From assembly GCF_058153355.1 (NCBI RefSeq), contig NZ_CM177019.1: 64,000 nucleotides of DNA. One strand, given 5' to 3'. Shown one piece after another: positions 44,886-58,040 of the stretch. The translations under genes were made by a program, and so were the position numbers. The notes beneath the pieces are model-generated. The model saw only the letters and a list, made by a program, of their open reading frames with translations, ran no database searches and had not been told where the DNA came from. Each line of letters starts with the position of its first letter. The stretch's first letter is position 1.

Positions 44886-46067
44886 TTAATGAGAGGTCAG
44901 GGTGTTATGCTGACGGTGACGGCTGACGAAACCTAACAGGAAGCACATCACAAAGACGACAGCGTACAGACCGTTTGCTGTAAGCAGTGCCGCCTGCGGA
45001 CCGCTATGTTCAACAATCGGGCCGGTAACCACAAAGGTCAACATAGTACCGATGGTCCCGCAGGTCAGGACAAAGTTAACCAGTTTTGGTGACGGTACTT
45101 TGGTCTGCTGTGAACCCAGGGTGATGATGGTGGTATAGATCGCGCTGGAGAAGAAGCCCAGGGCGAGAATTGACCACGCCATATGTGCCGGTGTTCCGGT
45201 GTTAAAGACGTACATCAGAATCGCAGCCAGACCAGCCAGTACGGTCAGGATACGTTGCAAATCAAAGAAGCGAAGAATAAAGCTGAACGCCCACATGCCG
45301 ACCATATATGACATCCAGAAGTTACTCACCAGCGTGCCAGCGTCGTTCAGGCTCATGCCCAGGCCTTTGGCATACTCCGGCACCCAGGAGATAAAACCTA
45401 ACTGACCGAGGATGTAGCACAGCGCTGCAATTGAGAGAAACAGTACGCCGATGCCCCATTTTTCTTTCGCTACTGGAGCATCCGTTTTTGGTGCATGTTT
45501 GCCCAGTGCCGGAAACTCACAGCCGAAGGTCAGAATAAAAATAGCGACGTAAACCAGCCCGATGCAGGCATAAACCCAGTACCACTCAATGCTGCGCGCC
45601 AGCAGAAACGCGGCGATCATTGGGAAAATCATCCCTGCCATACTGAAGAAGGAGTCGGTAAATAACAGGCGAGAACCGCGCTGACGCCCTTCATACATTT
45701 GTGTTACCAGGAATGTACCAATCGACATGGTGATGCCACTGACCACCCCGAGAATGAACATCGCCGCCGAGAACAGCGCCAGGCTGTGGCTGAACATCAA
45801 ACCGGCAACCGCCAGCACCATCAGGAGAAAGCCAAAACGTAACTGCGTTTTCAACGGGACGATTTCCATCAGCCAGGCGTTGAGGAAGATAGAGATTAAA
45901 ATGCCGGCGTTGAGGAAGGTGAAGGTATTACTCATACTGGAAACAGGCAGATTGAAATAATCGGCGATGTTTCCCATCACCATCCCGGTGACAATAACCA
46001 ACGCACCCGTCAGTGCGTAGGAGAGAAAGCTAATCCATGTGAGCTTGATGCGATTGCTGTTAGTCAT
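44886..46067 (-). CDS. tsgA: MFS-type transporter TsgA
   Basis: 393-aa polytopic ORF starting [21 protein letters not shown]. Confidence 0.9.
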
Positions 46068-46328
46068 GATTGGCCTGCGTTCAAAAATAAAATGGCATAG
46101 CGGGCTATGCCGCGAGCGGGCGATTTTAGGTGATTTTGTGATCTGTTTAAATATTTTATTGCAATCGGTTGCTAAATTGCATTTTAAGAGGTGATTTTGA
46201 TCACGGAATAAAAAGTGATCGTCAGGTTACATATATTTCAGATACGTAAAATTAGGTAAAGGGATGGCCTTGTTCTTGAAGGCTATTTAGAATCTCTTCA
46301 CTTGCTTTTTTTCTGCTCTGTTTGTTAA

Positions 46329-46910
<582 letters not shown>

Positions 46911-47014
46911 TGATTTCTCGCGCGGGCAATCTTGCCCGCGCTTCTGCTCTCCCGGCGTAACCCGGATTTGCCGCTTATACTTGTGGCAAATGGACACGTT
47001 CAGGGAGGCATCAA

Positions 47015-47182
47015 GTGAAGAAACTCACCGATAAGCAAAAGTCCCGTCTCTGGGAGCTTCAGCGTAATCGTAATTTCCAGGCCAGTCGCCGTCTTGAAGG
47101 CGTCGAGATGCCTTTAGTTACTCTTACTGCCGCAGAGGCTTTAGCGCGCCTTGAAGAGCTGAGGAGGCACTATGAGCGATAA
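47015..47182 (+). CDS. yhfG: Small protein YhfG (putative Fic-associated antitoxin-like partner)
   Basis: Not in the track. GTG-initiated 55 codons translating to [55 protein letters not shown]; the stop overlaps the fic start. Confidence 0.75.
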   Translation: MKKLTDKQKSRLWELQRNRNFQASRRLEGVEMPLVTLTAAEALARLEELRRHYER

Positions 47183-47774
47183 ATTCGGCGAAGGGCGCGA
47201 TCCGTATCTTTATCCTGGCCTTGATATCATGCGTAACCGGCTGAACATCCGCCAGCAACAGCGGCTGGAACAGGCCGCTTACGAAATGACGGCGCTGCGT
47301 GCTGCGACCATTGAGCTTGGTCCGCTGGTGCGCGGTTTACCGCATTTGCGCACTCTCCATCGCCAGCTGTATCAGGATATTTTCGACTGGGCGGGGCAAC
47401 TGCGTGAAGTTGATATTTATCAGGGCGATACACCGTTCTGCCACTTTGCTTATATCGAAAAAGAGGGCAATGCCCTGATGCAGGATCTGGAGGAAGAAGG
47501 GTATCTGGTTGGCCTGGAGAAAACGAAGTTCGTCGAGCGGCTGGCACACTACTATTGTGAAATCAACGTCCTGCATCCCTTCCGAGCGGGAAGTGGTCTG
47601 GCACAGCGGATCTTCTTCGAGCAACTGGCGATTCATGCCGGTTATCAACTGAGCTGGCAGGGTATCGAAAAAGAGGCCTGGAATCAGGCAAATCAGAGTG
47701 GGGCAATGGGTGATCTCACTGCGCTGCAGACGATATTTAGCAAAGTGGTAAGCGAAGCCGGGGAATCTGAGTAA
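47172..47774 (+). CDS. fic: Fic-domain protein (adenylyltransferase family)
   Basis: 200 aa, [24 protein letters not shown]..., containing the Fic-motif variant [12 protein letters not shown]. Confidence 0.95.
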   Translation: MSDKFGEGRDPYLYPGLDIMRNRLNIRQQQRLEQAAYEMTALRAATIELGPLVRGLPHLRTLHRQLYQDIFDWAGQLREVDIYQGDTPFCHFAYIEKEGNALMQDLEEEGYLVGLEKTKFVERLAHYYCEINVLHPFRAGSGLAQRIFFEQLAIHAGYQLSWQGIEKEAWNQANQSGAMGDLTALQTIFSKVVSEAGESE

Positions 47775-47805
47775 AATAGCGCGGTTCTTTCGTACCGGAG
47801 CCGCC

Positions 47806-48369
47806 ATGATCCTGCTTATTGATAACTACGATTCTTTTACCTGGAACCTCTACCAGTACTTTTGTGAACTGGGGGCGGATGTGCTGGTTAAGCGCAACGA
47901 TGCGTTGACGCTGGCGGATATCGACGCCCTGAAACCGCAAAAAATTGTCATCTCACCCGGCCCCTGTACGCCAGATGAAGCCGGGATCTCCCTTGACGTT
48001 ATTCGTCACTATGCCGGACGCTTGCCGATTCTTGGTGTCTGCCTCGGTCATCAGGCAATGGCGCAGGCATTTGGCGGCAAAGTTGTGCGCGCAGCAAAGG
48101 TCATGCACGGCAAAACCTCGCCGATCACACATTACGGTGAGGGCGTATTTAAGGGGCTGGCAAATCCACTCACCGTGACACGCTACCATTCGCTGGTGGT
48201 GGAGCCTGACTCATTACCGGAGTGCTTTGAAGTGACGGCCTGGAGCGAAACCCGCGAGATTATGGGGATTCGCCATCGCCAGTGGGATCTGGAAGGTGTG
48301 CAGTTCCATCCAGAAAGTATACTCAGCGAACAAGGACATCAACTGCTGGCTAATTTCCTGGAACGCTGA
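47806..48369 (+). CDS. pabA: Aminodeoxychorismate synthase glutamine amidotransferase subunit
   Basis: 187 aa, [19 protein letters not shown]..., with the catalytic GVCLGHQ. Confidence 0.95.
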   Translation: MILLIDNYDSFTWNLYQYFCELGADVLVKRNDALTLADIDALKPQKIVISPGPCTPDEAGISLDVIRHYAGRLPILGVCLGHQAMAQAFGGKVVRAAKVMHGKTSPITHYGEGVFKGLANPLTVTRYHSLVVEPDSLPECFEVTAWSETREIMGIRHRQWDLEGVQFHPESILSEQGHQLLANFLER

Positions 48370-48439
48370 TTTCTGATTGCCATTTAGTGATTTTTTATGC
48401 ATATTTTGTGATTATAATTTCACATTGGTTTATGCGTAA

Positions 48440-49675
<1,236 letters not shown>

Positions 49676-49682
49676 ATAAGAC

Positions 49683-49740
49683 GCGTCAGCGTCGCATCAG
49701 GCAAAAGATATCGGATGCGGCGTGAACGCCTTATCCGATG
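49683..49740. repeat. REP element
   Basis: gatgcggcgtgaacgccttatccgatg is the classic REP core; lies between the convergent argD and yhfK. Confidence 0.7.
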
Positions 49741-49752
49741 GTTTAGCCTGTA

Positions 49753-51843
49753 TTACGCCTTCGAATCCCGTAACTTCCGACTCAACCAAATCCCATGATG
49801 CGGTCGCTGCCGCCATGCCATCGACGAAATGGTGTGCATGGTGTTCAGATGACCAATAACCCGCTGTAAATGCTGCTCCAGCGTGCCTGCTGCACCTTCG
49901 TGCGGCTGCATCTCCGGCGCATCCATAATATTGGCATCGCCAGAACTACCTGGTTCGTCATACTCCAGTCGCTGCTGACAACGCTGAATGGCGATTTCAC
50001 AAGACTGTAAATACTCTTGTGCCAGTTCAGGTGGCAATGCCCGGTGTTCCCGCGCCAGCGTGGTCATGGCATTAATATGCTCAACAATAAACTGGCTGTG
50101 CGTCACCCACAGTTTCATATCTGCCAGATAATGGCTGTTGAATGCCGGTTCCTGCATCGCCTGATTCAATGAGTTATACAGAGTGTTATGCGCCTGATTC
50201 ACCCGCATTCGCTGCCAGGCCAGTGGCGTTGGTTGCGGATCCTCGCTCAGAATCAAACGAATCGCTTCCTGATAGGCTTCTAAAGCATCATGGGCGTTTT
50301 TACGCAATAACCCGCTCTGCCACTGCGGCCACAGCCAGACAGTTCCGCCGAAAGCAATCAAACAACCAATAATGGTGTCGATAAGACGCGGAAGAATGTA
50401 CTGCTCACCGTTCAGCCACAACAGTTGCAGGGTATATACTGCGGTAATGGTAAAACCGACCGTCGCCCAGCCGTAGTTTTTGCGCAATATCAGGTAGCTG
50501 GCGAGGGTGGTAATCAGCATCAACGTCAGGGTATAACCTTCGGGAATTTTAAAGTGCAGGGCAACGCCCGCAATGATTAACCCGACCACGGTTCCCACAG
50601 AACGATTCACAATTCGCAGGCGAGTCGCGCCGTAACCATTTTGCGTCACCAGCAATACCGTCATCAGGATCCAGTACGACTTCGGCAGATGCAGCGCGGT
50701 GCCCATCAGGCTGGCAACGCTTAACATCACACTGAGTCGTCCGGCATTGCGTAGCGCCGGAGACTTTAGTGACAGATAACTTTTCAGCGCCGGAAGTAAC
50801 GGCATTCGCCGCTGTTTATCGGCCAGTAAGTCACGGGCATAGAGCGGTTTTTGGGTGCGCAGCACGCGGGCGATGCGGCTGAAGTGCCAATAGCAGAATT
50901 GCCCAACAGGATTATCCGGATGCTGGCGGGCGATTTTTTCCAGTGCGCCAATTTGTTTTTCCATCGTAAAGCGCGTCGGCAGGCGATGGTAAAGAATGTC
51001 ATCAGCCAGCACGCGCAGGCGAGTGGCGACAGTTTGCGCATTCCAGCGGATAACTTCTTCCGCATGGCTACGCTCGACCAGCTTTTGCACCTCTTCCGGC
51101 TGATGCAAGCTGACCGAAATATGTTCCTGTAAATCCAGCGCCTCCTGGAAAATACGCAGCATCCGCTTGTAGTCAGTATTATTTTGCGCGGAAAGCATAT
51201 GCATTTGCTGATAGCACTGAGTAATTAAATCGACCGCTTTTTGCTGGCGCACCAGCAGCGGTGGCAATGCTTTTTCAGGATCGGTGTGCTGGGTAAGCAG
51301 GCTGTATTTGGCTTCACAATAATCTGCCAGTTCACGGTACAGCAGACTTAGTGACTCGCGTAGCGGTTGTTCGCGCCAGATCCAGAACCAAAACCAGTTA
51401 AACAGTCCGTACCACAACGTGCCCAGCGCATAGATCAGCAACGGTTCCCAGACTGGCATGTATCCCGCCAGACTGAGGGTAAAAATGGCGGCGAGCAGCG
51501 ATGCGGGAAGCAATTTTGCGTGCAATGGCCCCAGCTCAGCAGTGACGCCAAGTACCAGCGTTAGTCCAGTCAGCAAAAAGGGCAAGGGAACATCTTTTGC
51601 CAGTAGTAGCTGTGTCAGCAAGCTACAGGTGGCAAACAGCGACGCACCAATGATTAAGCGTTTGAAAAAACGTTTATGAGGCGTATCAAGGCCCGCAATA
51701 TTGCAACAAGCAGGAACGAGGGAGAAGAGCAGACCGAATCGTAATTCGCCAAGCATTAACCCAACGGCCACGGGCAAACATAGCACCAGCGTTTGTCGAA
51801 GTGCATAGTTGATATCGGGGTGATAAATCAGTCTGCGCCACAT
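49753..51843 (-). CDS. yhfK: Putative FUSC-family inner-membrane transporter YhfK
   Basis: About 696 aa from MWRRLIYHPDINYALRQTLVL; the track ORF has 4 extra N-terminal codons. Confidence 0.85.
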   Translation of the reverse strand: MWRRLIYHPDINYALRQTLVLCLPVAVGLMLGELRFGLLFSLVPACCNIAGLDTPHKRFFKRLIIGASLFATCSLLTQLLLAKDVPLPFLLTGLTLVLGVTAELGPLHAKLLPASLLAAIFTLSLAGYMPVWEPLLIYALGTLWYGLFNWFWFWIWREQPLRESLSLLYRELADYCEAKYSLLTQHTDPEKALPPLLVRQQKAVDLITQCYQQMHMLSAQNNTDYKRMLRIFQEALDLQEHISVSLHQPEEVQKLVERSHAEEVIRWNAQTVATRLRVLADDILYHRLPTRFTMEKQIGALEKIARQHPDNPVGQFCYWHFSRIARVLRTQKPLYARDLLADKQRRMPLLPALKSYLSLKSPALRNAGRLSVMLSVASLMGTALHLPKSYWILMTVLLVTQNGYGATRLRIVNRSVGTVVGLIIAGVALHFKIPEGYTLTLMLITTLASYLILRKNYGWATVGFTITAVYTLQLLWLNGEQYILPRLIDTIIGCLIAFGGTVWLWPQWQSGLLRKNAHDALEAYQEAIRLILSEDPQPTPLAWQRMRVNQAHNTLYNSLNQAMQEPAFNSHYLADMKLWVTHSQFIVEHINAMTTLAREHRALPPELAQEYLQSCEIAIQRCQQRLEYDEPGSSGDANIMDAPEMQPHEGAAGTLEQHLQRVIGHLNTMHTISSMAWRQRPHHGIWLSRKLRDSKA

Positions 51844-51893
51844 CGGGGGAAACAAAATGACGCGCTACTCAGTAACGCGCCACTCCGACGGGA

Positions 51894-52526
51894 TTAACGA
51901 GTGCCGTAAACGACGATGGTTTTACCGTGTGCGGAGATCAGGTTCTGATCTTCCAGCATCTTCAGAATGCGCCCCACGGTTTCACGAGAACAGCCGACAA
52001 TCTGACCGATTTCCTGACGGGTAATTTTGATTTGCATACCGTCCGGGTGAGTCATGGCATCCGGTTGTTTTGCCAGGTTCAGCAGAGTCTGTGCAATGCG
52101 GCCCGTCACGTCGAGGAACGCCAGGTTGCCCACTTTCTCTGAAGTGACTTGCAAACGACGCGCCATCTGTGCAGAAAGACGCATCAGAATGTCCGGGTTT
52201 ACCTGAATCAATTGGCGAAATTTTTTGTATGAAATTTCAGCCACTTCACAGGCGGTTTTCGCACGTACCCATGCGCTACGTTCCTGGCCTTCTTCAAACA
52301 GGCCCAGTTCGCCAATAAAATCACCCTGATTCAGATAGGAGAGGATCATTTCTTTACCCTCTTCATCTTTGATCAGCACTGCCACAGAGCCTTTAACGAT
52401 GTAGTACAGCGTTTCCGCTTTTTCACCCTGGTGAATAAGCGTGCTCTTGGATGGGTACTTATGAATGTGGCAATGAGACAAGAACCATTCGAGAGTCGGG
52501 TCTGTTTGCGGTTTGCCAAGCACCAT
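51894..52526 (-). CDS. crp: cAMP receptor protein
   Basis: 210 aa, [50 protein letters not shown]... Confidence 0.98.
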
Positions 52527-52642
52527 GCGCGGTTATCCTCTGTTATAAGCTTTCTCCAGAGCCAGAAAACGCCGCTGTCTCTGGATTGCCGAAATTGTGC
52601 TTCCCGCTACCTGGGAAGGGGCTATCAACTGTACTGCACGGT

Positions 52643-52663
52643 AATGTGACGTCCTTTGCATAC
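52643..52663. promoter_or_regulatory. Candidate CRP autoregulatory site in the crp leader/promoter region
   Basis: aaTGTGAcgtcctTTGCAtac approximates TGTGA-N6-TCACA; the location fits the known downstream CRP site of crp. Not verified. Confidence 0.4.
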
Positions 52664-52828
52664 ATGCAGTACATCAATGTATTACTGTAGCATCCTGACT
52701 GTTTTAGCATAGCTTTCGCTTTGTGTCTCCTGGTGTCTCGCTTCAGCATGACCCAGGTCGCCTTCCGTTGCGCGATTTGGTTAGTACGCGTACTCTGTCA
52801 GGAAAATTGACGCAGTGGAGTAGCAAAA

Positions 52829-53233
52829 ATGCAAGCGCGAGTGAAGTGGGTCGAAGGGTTAACTTTTCTGGGCGAATCCGCCTCTGGTCACCAGATTTTA
52901 ATGGACGGCAACTCAGGCGATAAAGCACCAAGTCCGATGGAAATGGTGTTGATGGCGGCGGGAGGCTGTAGCGCCATCGATGTGGTTTCTATCCTGCAAA
53001 AGGGGCGTCAGGATGTGGTCGATTGTGAAGTAAAACTGACCTCTGAACGCCGCGAAGAGGCACCACGCCTGTTTACGCACATTAATTTGCATTTTATCGT
53101 CACCGGTCGCGACCTGAAAGACGCAGCAGTTGCGCGTGCGGTTGATCTCTCTGCCGAGAAATATTGCTCAGTAGCGTTAATGCTGGAAAAAGCGGTAAAT
53201 ATTACTCACTCGTATGAAGTGGTGGCCGTGTGA
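52829..53233 (+). CDS. yhfA: OsmC-family protein YhfA
   Basis: 134-aa ORF divergent from crp. Confidence 0.85.
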   Translation: MQARVKWVEGLTFLGESASGHQILMDGNSGDKAPSPMEMVLMAAGGCSAIDVVSILQKGRQDVVDCEVKLTSERREEAPRLFTHINLHFIVTGRDLKDAAVARAVDLSAEKYCSVALMLEKAVNITHSYEVVAV

Positions 53234-53287
53234 TTTAATGTCAGGAGTACGATGCCGGATAATTGTTTATCCGGCATATTAGCAGAG

Positions 53288-54157
53288 TTACTCGATTTTC
53301 TTTCCTTCCATCAATCGTTGCACCAGCGGCAGCATAATTAATTCCATTGCCAGACCCATTTTACCGCCCGGTACCACTAACGTATTGATGTGGGAAATGA
53401 ATGAGCCTTGCAACATCGCCAGCAGCCAGGGGAAATCGATCCCTTCCAGATTACGAAAATGGATCACCACAAAGCTTTCATCCAGCGACGGGATAGCTTT
53501 TGCCGCGAACGGGTTTGAGGTGTCAACGGTGGGGACGCGCTGGAAGTTAAGATGGGTGCGGGAAAACTGCGGTGTGATGTAGTTGATATAGTCTTCCATT
53601 GAGCGCACTACTGAGTCCATCACTGCTTCTCGTGAGTGCCCGCGCTCGCTGGTGTCGCGGATCAGTTTTTGAATCCACTCAAGGTTAACGATAGGCACCA
53701 CGCCAACCAGTAAATCCACATGTTGCGCAACGTTATGATGTGGCGTGACCACGCCGCCGTGTAGCCCTTCATAAAACAGTACATCAGTGGGTTCCGGTAA
53801 AGGTTGCCATGGGGTGAATGTTCCCGGCACCTGATTCCACGGTACGGCTTCGTCGTACGTATGCAGATATTTGCGTGATTTTCCTTTGCCGCTCTGACCG
53901 TATTCAATGAAGGTTTGTTCCAGCAGGCCGAAGTCGTTCGCTTCGGGGCCAAAGTAGCTGATATGCCGCCCGGCATCACGCGCCTTGCGGATCGCCATGT
54001 CCATTTCCGGGCGCGTGTAACGGTGAAAACTGTCGCCTTCCACCTCAGCTGCATGCAGATTTAACTGCGCGAATATTTTACGAAACGCGAGACTGGTGGT
54101 GGTGGTCCCCGCGCCGCTGGATCCTGTTACCGCAATGACCGGATGTTTGGCAGACAT
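53288..54157 (-). CDS. prkB: Putative phosphoribulokinase
   Basis: 289 aa, MSAKHPVIAVTGSSGAGTTTTSLAF (P-loop). Confidence 0.9.
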   Translation of the reverse strand: MSAKHPVIAVTGSSGAGTTTTSLAFRKIFAQLNLHAAEVEGDSFHRYTRPEMDMAIRKARDAGRHISYFGPEANDFGLLEQTFIEYGQSGKGKSRKYLHTYDEAVPWNQVPGTFTPWQPLPEPTDVLFYEGLHGGVVTPHHNVAQHVDLLVGVVPIVNLEWIQKLIRDTSERGHSREAVMDSVVRSMEDYINYITPQFSRTHLNFQRVPTVDTSNPFAAKAIPSLDESFVVIHFRNLEGIDFPWLLAMLQGSFISHINTLVVPGGKMGLAMELIMLPLVQRLMEGKKIE

Positions 54158-54210
54158 AGTAACTCCATGACTTAGCTATCATTATTATCTCGTCCGCCGA
54201 CGGCTGCAGG

Positions 54211-54429
54211 TTATTCGCGAAACTGACTGCGCGGCATGATATTGACCGTTTCGTGCAGCTCCGACCATACCAGCACCGCTTCTCCGCACTGTAGCTGGCG
54301 TTTGACGTCGGCGACTTTCTGTTCAAGTGTACGCTCATGTTCACCATAATCGGTGCCTTCGCGTAACACAAAACTTTCAATTAAATTTTCCAGCGTTTCG
54401 GGGGAGAGTTCTTGCCACGGAATCAACAT
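54211..54429 (-). CDS. yheU: UPF0270 protein YheU
   Basis: 72 aa, [30 protein letters not shown]... Confidence 0.85.
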   Translation of the reverse strand: MLIPWQELSPETLENLIESFVLREGTDYGEHERTLEQKVADVKRQLQCGEAVLVWSELHETVNIMPRSQFRE

Positions 54430-55445
54430 GATTTCGCCTCCAGATACGTTGTTAACCAGTCAGGAATGCGTGACTCCAGCCACATTTGCGGATGAAATAA
54501 TGTACCGCCAAGAAAGCCAACATGACCACCATGTTCAGTCAGTTGATACTCCACCTGCGGGGGGAGATTTTCCGGTTTCGGGATCACCTGATGATCCATA
54601 AACGGATCGTCTTTGGCGTGAATAATCAGTGTCGGTTTGGCGATCTGGTTCAGCATCGGCATGGCGCTACACTGACGATAATAGTCGATAGCGTCAGCGT
54701 AGCCGTGAATTCTGGCGGTGATCAGATCGTCAAATTCACGGATGCGACGTACCGATTTTAACTGTGCGAGATTAATCGGCAGCGTACCGGGATAGGCTGC
54801 CAGTTTGCGCGCAGCATTGGCTTTTAACAGGTTCAGCAAGTAACGCTGATAAACGCGGGAAAAGCCCTTTTCCATATGATAACTACAGGCTTCCAGCATA
54901 AATGGCGCGGAGACAATTACCGCTGCATCAATCGGGAGGTTATTACCTTCTTTTGCCAGCAAACAGGCGAGCATATTACCGCCGAGCGAATAGCCGACGG
55001 CAGCCGTTGGCGCATGTCCAAATTCGCGCTGCAGCCAGCGTAAAAACCAGCTGGCGTCTTCGGTTTCGCCCGAATGGTAAATGCGGTGCATACGGTTTGG
55101 TTCACCGCTGCATCCGCGAAAATGCATCACCACGCCCAGCCAGCCGCGTTTTTGCGCCGCCTCGACCAGACCGTGGGCGTAAGGGCTATTGAGGCTGCCC
55201 TCCAGCCCGTGAAACACCACTAAACGCGGTTTATGGTTCGCCTGGGCAGGGTCTTCACTCCATGCGAGATCGACAAAATCGCCGTCGGGCAACTCCAGTC
55301 GCTGCCAGTGCGGGGTGAATTTCACCTTGCGACGAAACAGACGCGGCAGCATGGTTTGCAGATGACAATTGCTAAAGCCGCGCATAGGGGTGAATTCAGC
55401 ACTGCTGCTGAATTCATTGGCATCGGTCGTCGTTATCTGCGCCAT
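54423..55445 (-). CDS. yheT: Putative alpha/beta hydrolase YheT
   Basis: 340 aa with a GYSLGG nucleophile-elbow motif. Confidence 0.85.
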   Translation of the reverse strand: MAQITTTDANEFSSSAEFTPMRGFSNCHLQTMLPRLFRRKVKFTPHWQRLELPDGDFVDLAWSEDPAQANHKPRLVVFHGLEGSLNSPYAHGLVEAAQKRGWLGVVMHFRGCSGEPNRMHRIYHSGETEDASWFLRWLQREFGHAPTAAVGYSLGGNMLACLLAKEGNNLPIDAAVIVSAPFMLEACSYHMEKGFSRVYQRYLLNLLKANAARKLAAYPGTLPINLAQLKSVRRIREFDDLITARIHGYADAIDYYRQCSAMPMLNQIAKPTLIIHAKDDPFMDHQVIPKPENLPPQVEYQLTEHGGHVGFLGGTLFHPQMWLESRIPDWLTTYLEAKSC

Positions 55446-57358
55446 CAGTTGCTTTGGCCTTCCAGCAGCATCTGCTCAAGCTGCTCCTGGGCTTCCAGCC
55501 ACGCCATTTCGCACTCTTCCAGCCCGGATTTGGCGCTGGCTTGCTGTTGCAGGCAGGCGGTCAACTCCGCTTTACGGCTTTGATCGTACAGTTCGCTGTC
55601 GCCGAGTTTCTCTTCCGCCTGCGCCAGTTGCGCGTTCAGCTTCTCCATCTCTTTTTCCAGACGGGCGATTTCTTTACGCAGTGGCTGGGTTTGCGCACGC
55701 AGCTCCGCTTCCCGACGCTTCTGGTCTTTACGTGCCTGGGCGCTGTTCGCGTTCTCTTTTGGCGCGTCGTCGGTCTGGTTTTCCTGCTTTTGAACGTCGC
55801 TCAACCACTGTTGATAATCTTCCAGATCGCCGTCGAACGGTTCGACTTTACGATCGTGAACCAGATAGAGATCGTCAGTGGTGGAACGCAACAAATGGCG
55901 GTCGTGCGAAACGACAACCAATGCGCCTTCAAACTCGATCAACGCTTCAGTCAGTGCCTGGCGCATGTCGAGGTCAAGGTGGTTAGTCGGTTCGTCGAGC
56001 AGCAGTAGATTCGGACGCTGCCAGACGATTAATGCCAGCACCAGGCGGGCTTTTTCCCCACCGGAGAAACGGCGCGTTTCTTCCGTCACTTTATCGCCCT
56101 GGAAACCAAAGCCACCGAGGTAATCACGCAGTTTTTGTTCTAGTTCCTGCGGTGCTAAACGTGCCAGATGTTGAATAGGCGATTCGTCGGCGCGTAGATA
56201 TTCCAGTTGATGCTGGGCGAAGTAACCGAGTTTGATCCCTTTCGCCAGGCCAATTTCACCGCTGACTGGCGCAAGTTCGCCGGCTAACAGTTTGATCAAT
56301 GTCGATTTACCCGCGCCGTTGCGGCCTAACAGACCAATGCGCGAACCCGGCACCAGATTCAGTTTAATCGAGTCGAGAATAATGCGATCGCCATAACCCG
56401 CGCTGACCTTTTCCATTTTCAACAACGGATTTGGCAGGCTTTCCGGCGCGCGGAAGCTAAAGCGGAACGGGTTGTCGACGTGCGCGGGGGCAATCAACTC
56501 CATACGCTCGAGCATCTTAATACGGCTCTGGGCCTGCTTCGCTTTGGTGGCTTTGGCACGGAAACGGTCGATATAACTTTGCAGATGTGCCACGCGCTCT
56601 TGCTGGCTTTCATACATCGCCTGTTGCTGTGCCAGACGGGTAGCACGCTGCACTTCAAACGAGCTGTAGTTGCCGGTGTACTCGAACATGTTTTGCTGTT
56701 CGATATGAATAATTTTATCAACAATCGGATCGAGGAAGTCGCGGTCGTGGGAGATCAGGATCAGCGTGCCCTGATAGCTCTTCAGCCATTTTTCCAGCCA
56801 GATAACAGCATCGAGATCGAGGTGGTTAGTTGGTTCGTCGAGCAGCAGCAAGTCTGAACGGCAAATCAGCGCCTGGGCGAGGTTGAGACGCATACGCCAG
56901 CCACCGGAGAAATCACTTACCGGGCGCTCCAGTTGTTCATTGCTGAAACCGAGGCCGTGCAGCAGGCTGGCGGCGCGGGAGCGAATACTCCATGCGTCAA
57001 TAGCATCCAGCTTGCCATGAATGGTCGCAATGGCGTGCCCGTCGTTACGTTCGTTGGCGTCGTGTAGCTGCGCTTCCAGTTGACGATATTCACGGTCGCC
57101 GTCAATGACATATTCCAGCGCCGCTTGCGGTAGCGCTGGTGTTTCCTGATTCACCCACGCCAGTTGCCAGCTTCCTGGAAAGGTGTAGCTGCCGCCGTCG
57201 GCGCTGATTTCATTTTTCAGCAATGCCAGCAGGGTAGATTTACCACAGCCGTTTTTACCCACCAGGCCGACTTTCTGCCCGGGGTTGATGGTGGCGGTGG
57301 CATTATCCAGCAGGACGCGCACGCCGCGACGAATTTGTAACGAGGAGAAAACAATCAT
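55445..57358 (-). CDS. yheS: ABC-F family ATPase YheS
   Basis: 637 aa with two ABC cassettes (GKNGCGKST and GRNGAGKST) and a C-terminal coiled coil. Confidence 0.9.
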   Translation of the reverse strand: MIVFSSLQIRRGVRVLLDNATATINPGQKVGLVGKNGCGKSTLLALLKNEISADGGSYTFPGSWQLAWVNQETPALPQAALEYVIDGDREYRQLEAQLHDANERNDGHAIATIHGKLDAIDAWSIRSRAASLLHGLGFSNEQLERPVSDFSGGWRMRLNLAQALICRSDLLLLDEPTNHLDLDAVIWLEKWLKSYQGTLILISHDRDFLDPIVDKIIHIEQQNMFEYTGNYSSFEVQRATRLAQQQAMYESQQERVAHLQSYIDRFRAKATKAKQAQSRIKMLERMELIAPAHVDNPFRFSFRAPESLPNPLLKMEKVSAGYGDRIILDSIKLNLVPGSRIGLLGRNGAGKSTLIKLLAGELAPVSGEIGLAKGIKLGYFAQHQLEYLRADESPIQHLARLAPQELEQKLRDYLGGFGFQGDKVTEETRRFSGGEKARLVLALIVWQRPNLLLLDEPTNHLDLDMRQALTEALIEFEGALVVVSHDRHLLRSTTDDLYLVHDRKVEPFDGDLEDYQQWLSDVQKQENQTDDAPKENANSAQARKDQKRREAELRAQTQPLRKEIARLEKEMEKLNAQLAQAEEKLGDSELYDQSRKAELTACLQQQASAKSGLEECEMAWLEAQEQLEQMLLEGQSN

Positions 57359-57485
57359 AAGGCGCCGTATGTTCAGACTATGTTAACTTATCATTATGAT
57401 AATGTAATGTATGGGCGAGCTGCCGCACCGGGCGCAATGGTAGCCCAAAACAGCGACTATACACAAAAACCATACCGGGAGGGGG

Positions 57486-58040
57486 ATGATGTCTCAGCCA
57501 GCGAAAGTTTTGCTGCTGTATGCCCATCCGGAATCTCAGGACTCGGTGGCAAACCGGGTACTGCTTAAACCGGCCACGCAGCTCAGCAATGTTACCGTGC
57601 ACGACCTTTATGCGCACTATCCCGATTTTTTTATTGATATCCCCCGTGAGCAGGCATTACTGCGCGAGCACGAGGTGATTGTCTTTCAGCACCCTCTTTA
57701 TACCTATAGCTGCCCGGCGCTACTGAAAGAGTGGCTGGACCGGGTATTAAGCCGTGGTTTTGCCAGCGGGCCGGGAGGAAACCAACTGGCGGGAAAGTAC
57801 TGGCGTAGCGTGATTACCACCGGCGAGCCGGAAAGTGCTTACCGTTATGACGCATTGAATCGCTACCCGATGAGCGATGTTCTGCGCCCCTTTGAGCTGG
57901 CGGCGGGCATGTGCCGGATGCATTGGTTAAGCCCTATCATTATTTACTGGGCGAGACGGCAAAGCGCACAGGAGCTGGCGAGTCACGCCAGAGCCTACGG
58001 TGACTGGCTGGCAAATCCGCTGTCTCCAGGAGGCTGCTGA
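57486..58040 (+). CDS. kefG: Glutathione-regulated K+ efflux system ancillary protein KefG
   Basis: 184 aa, [20 protein letters not shown]... (flavodoxin-like quinone oxidoreductase fold). Confidence 0.9.
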
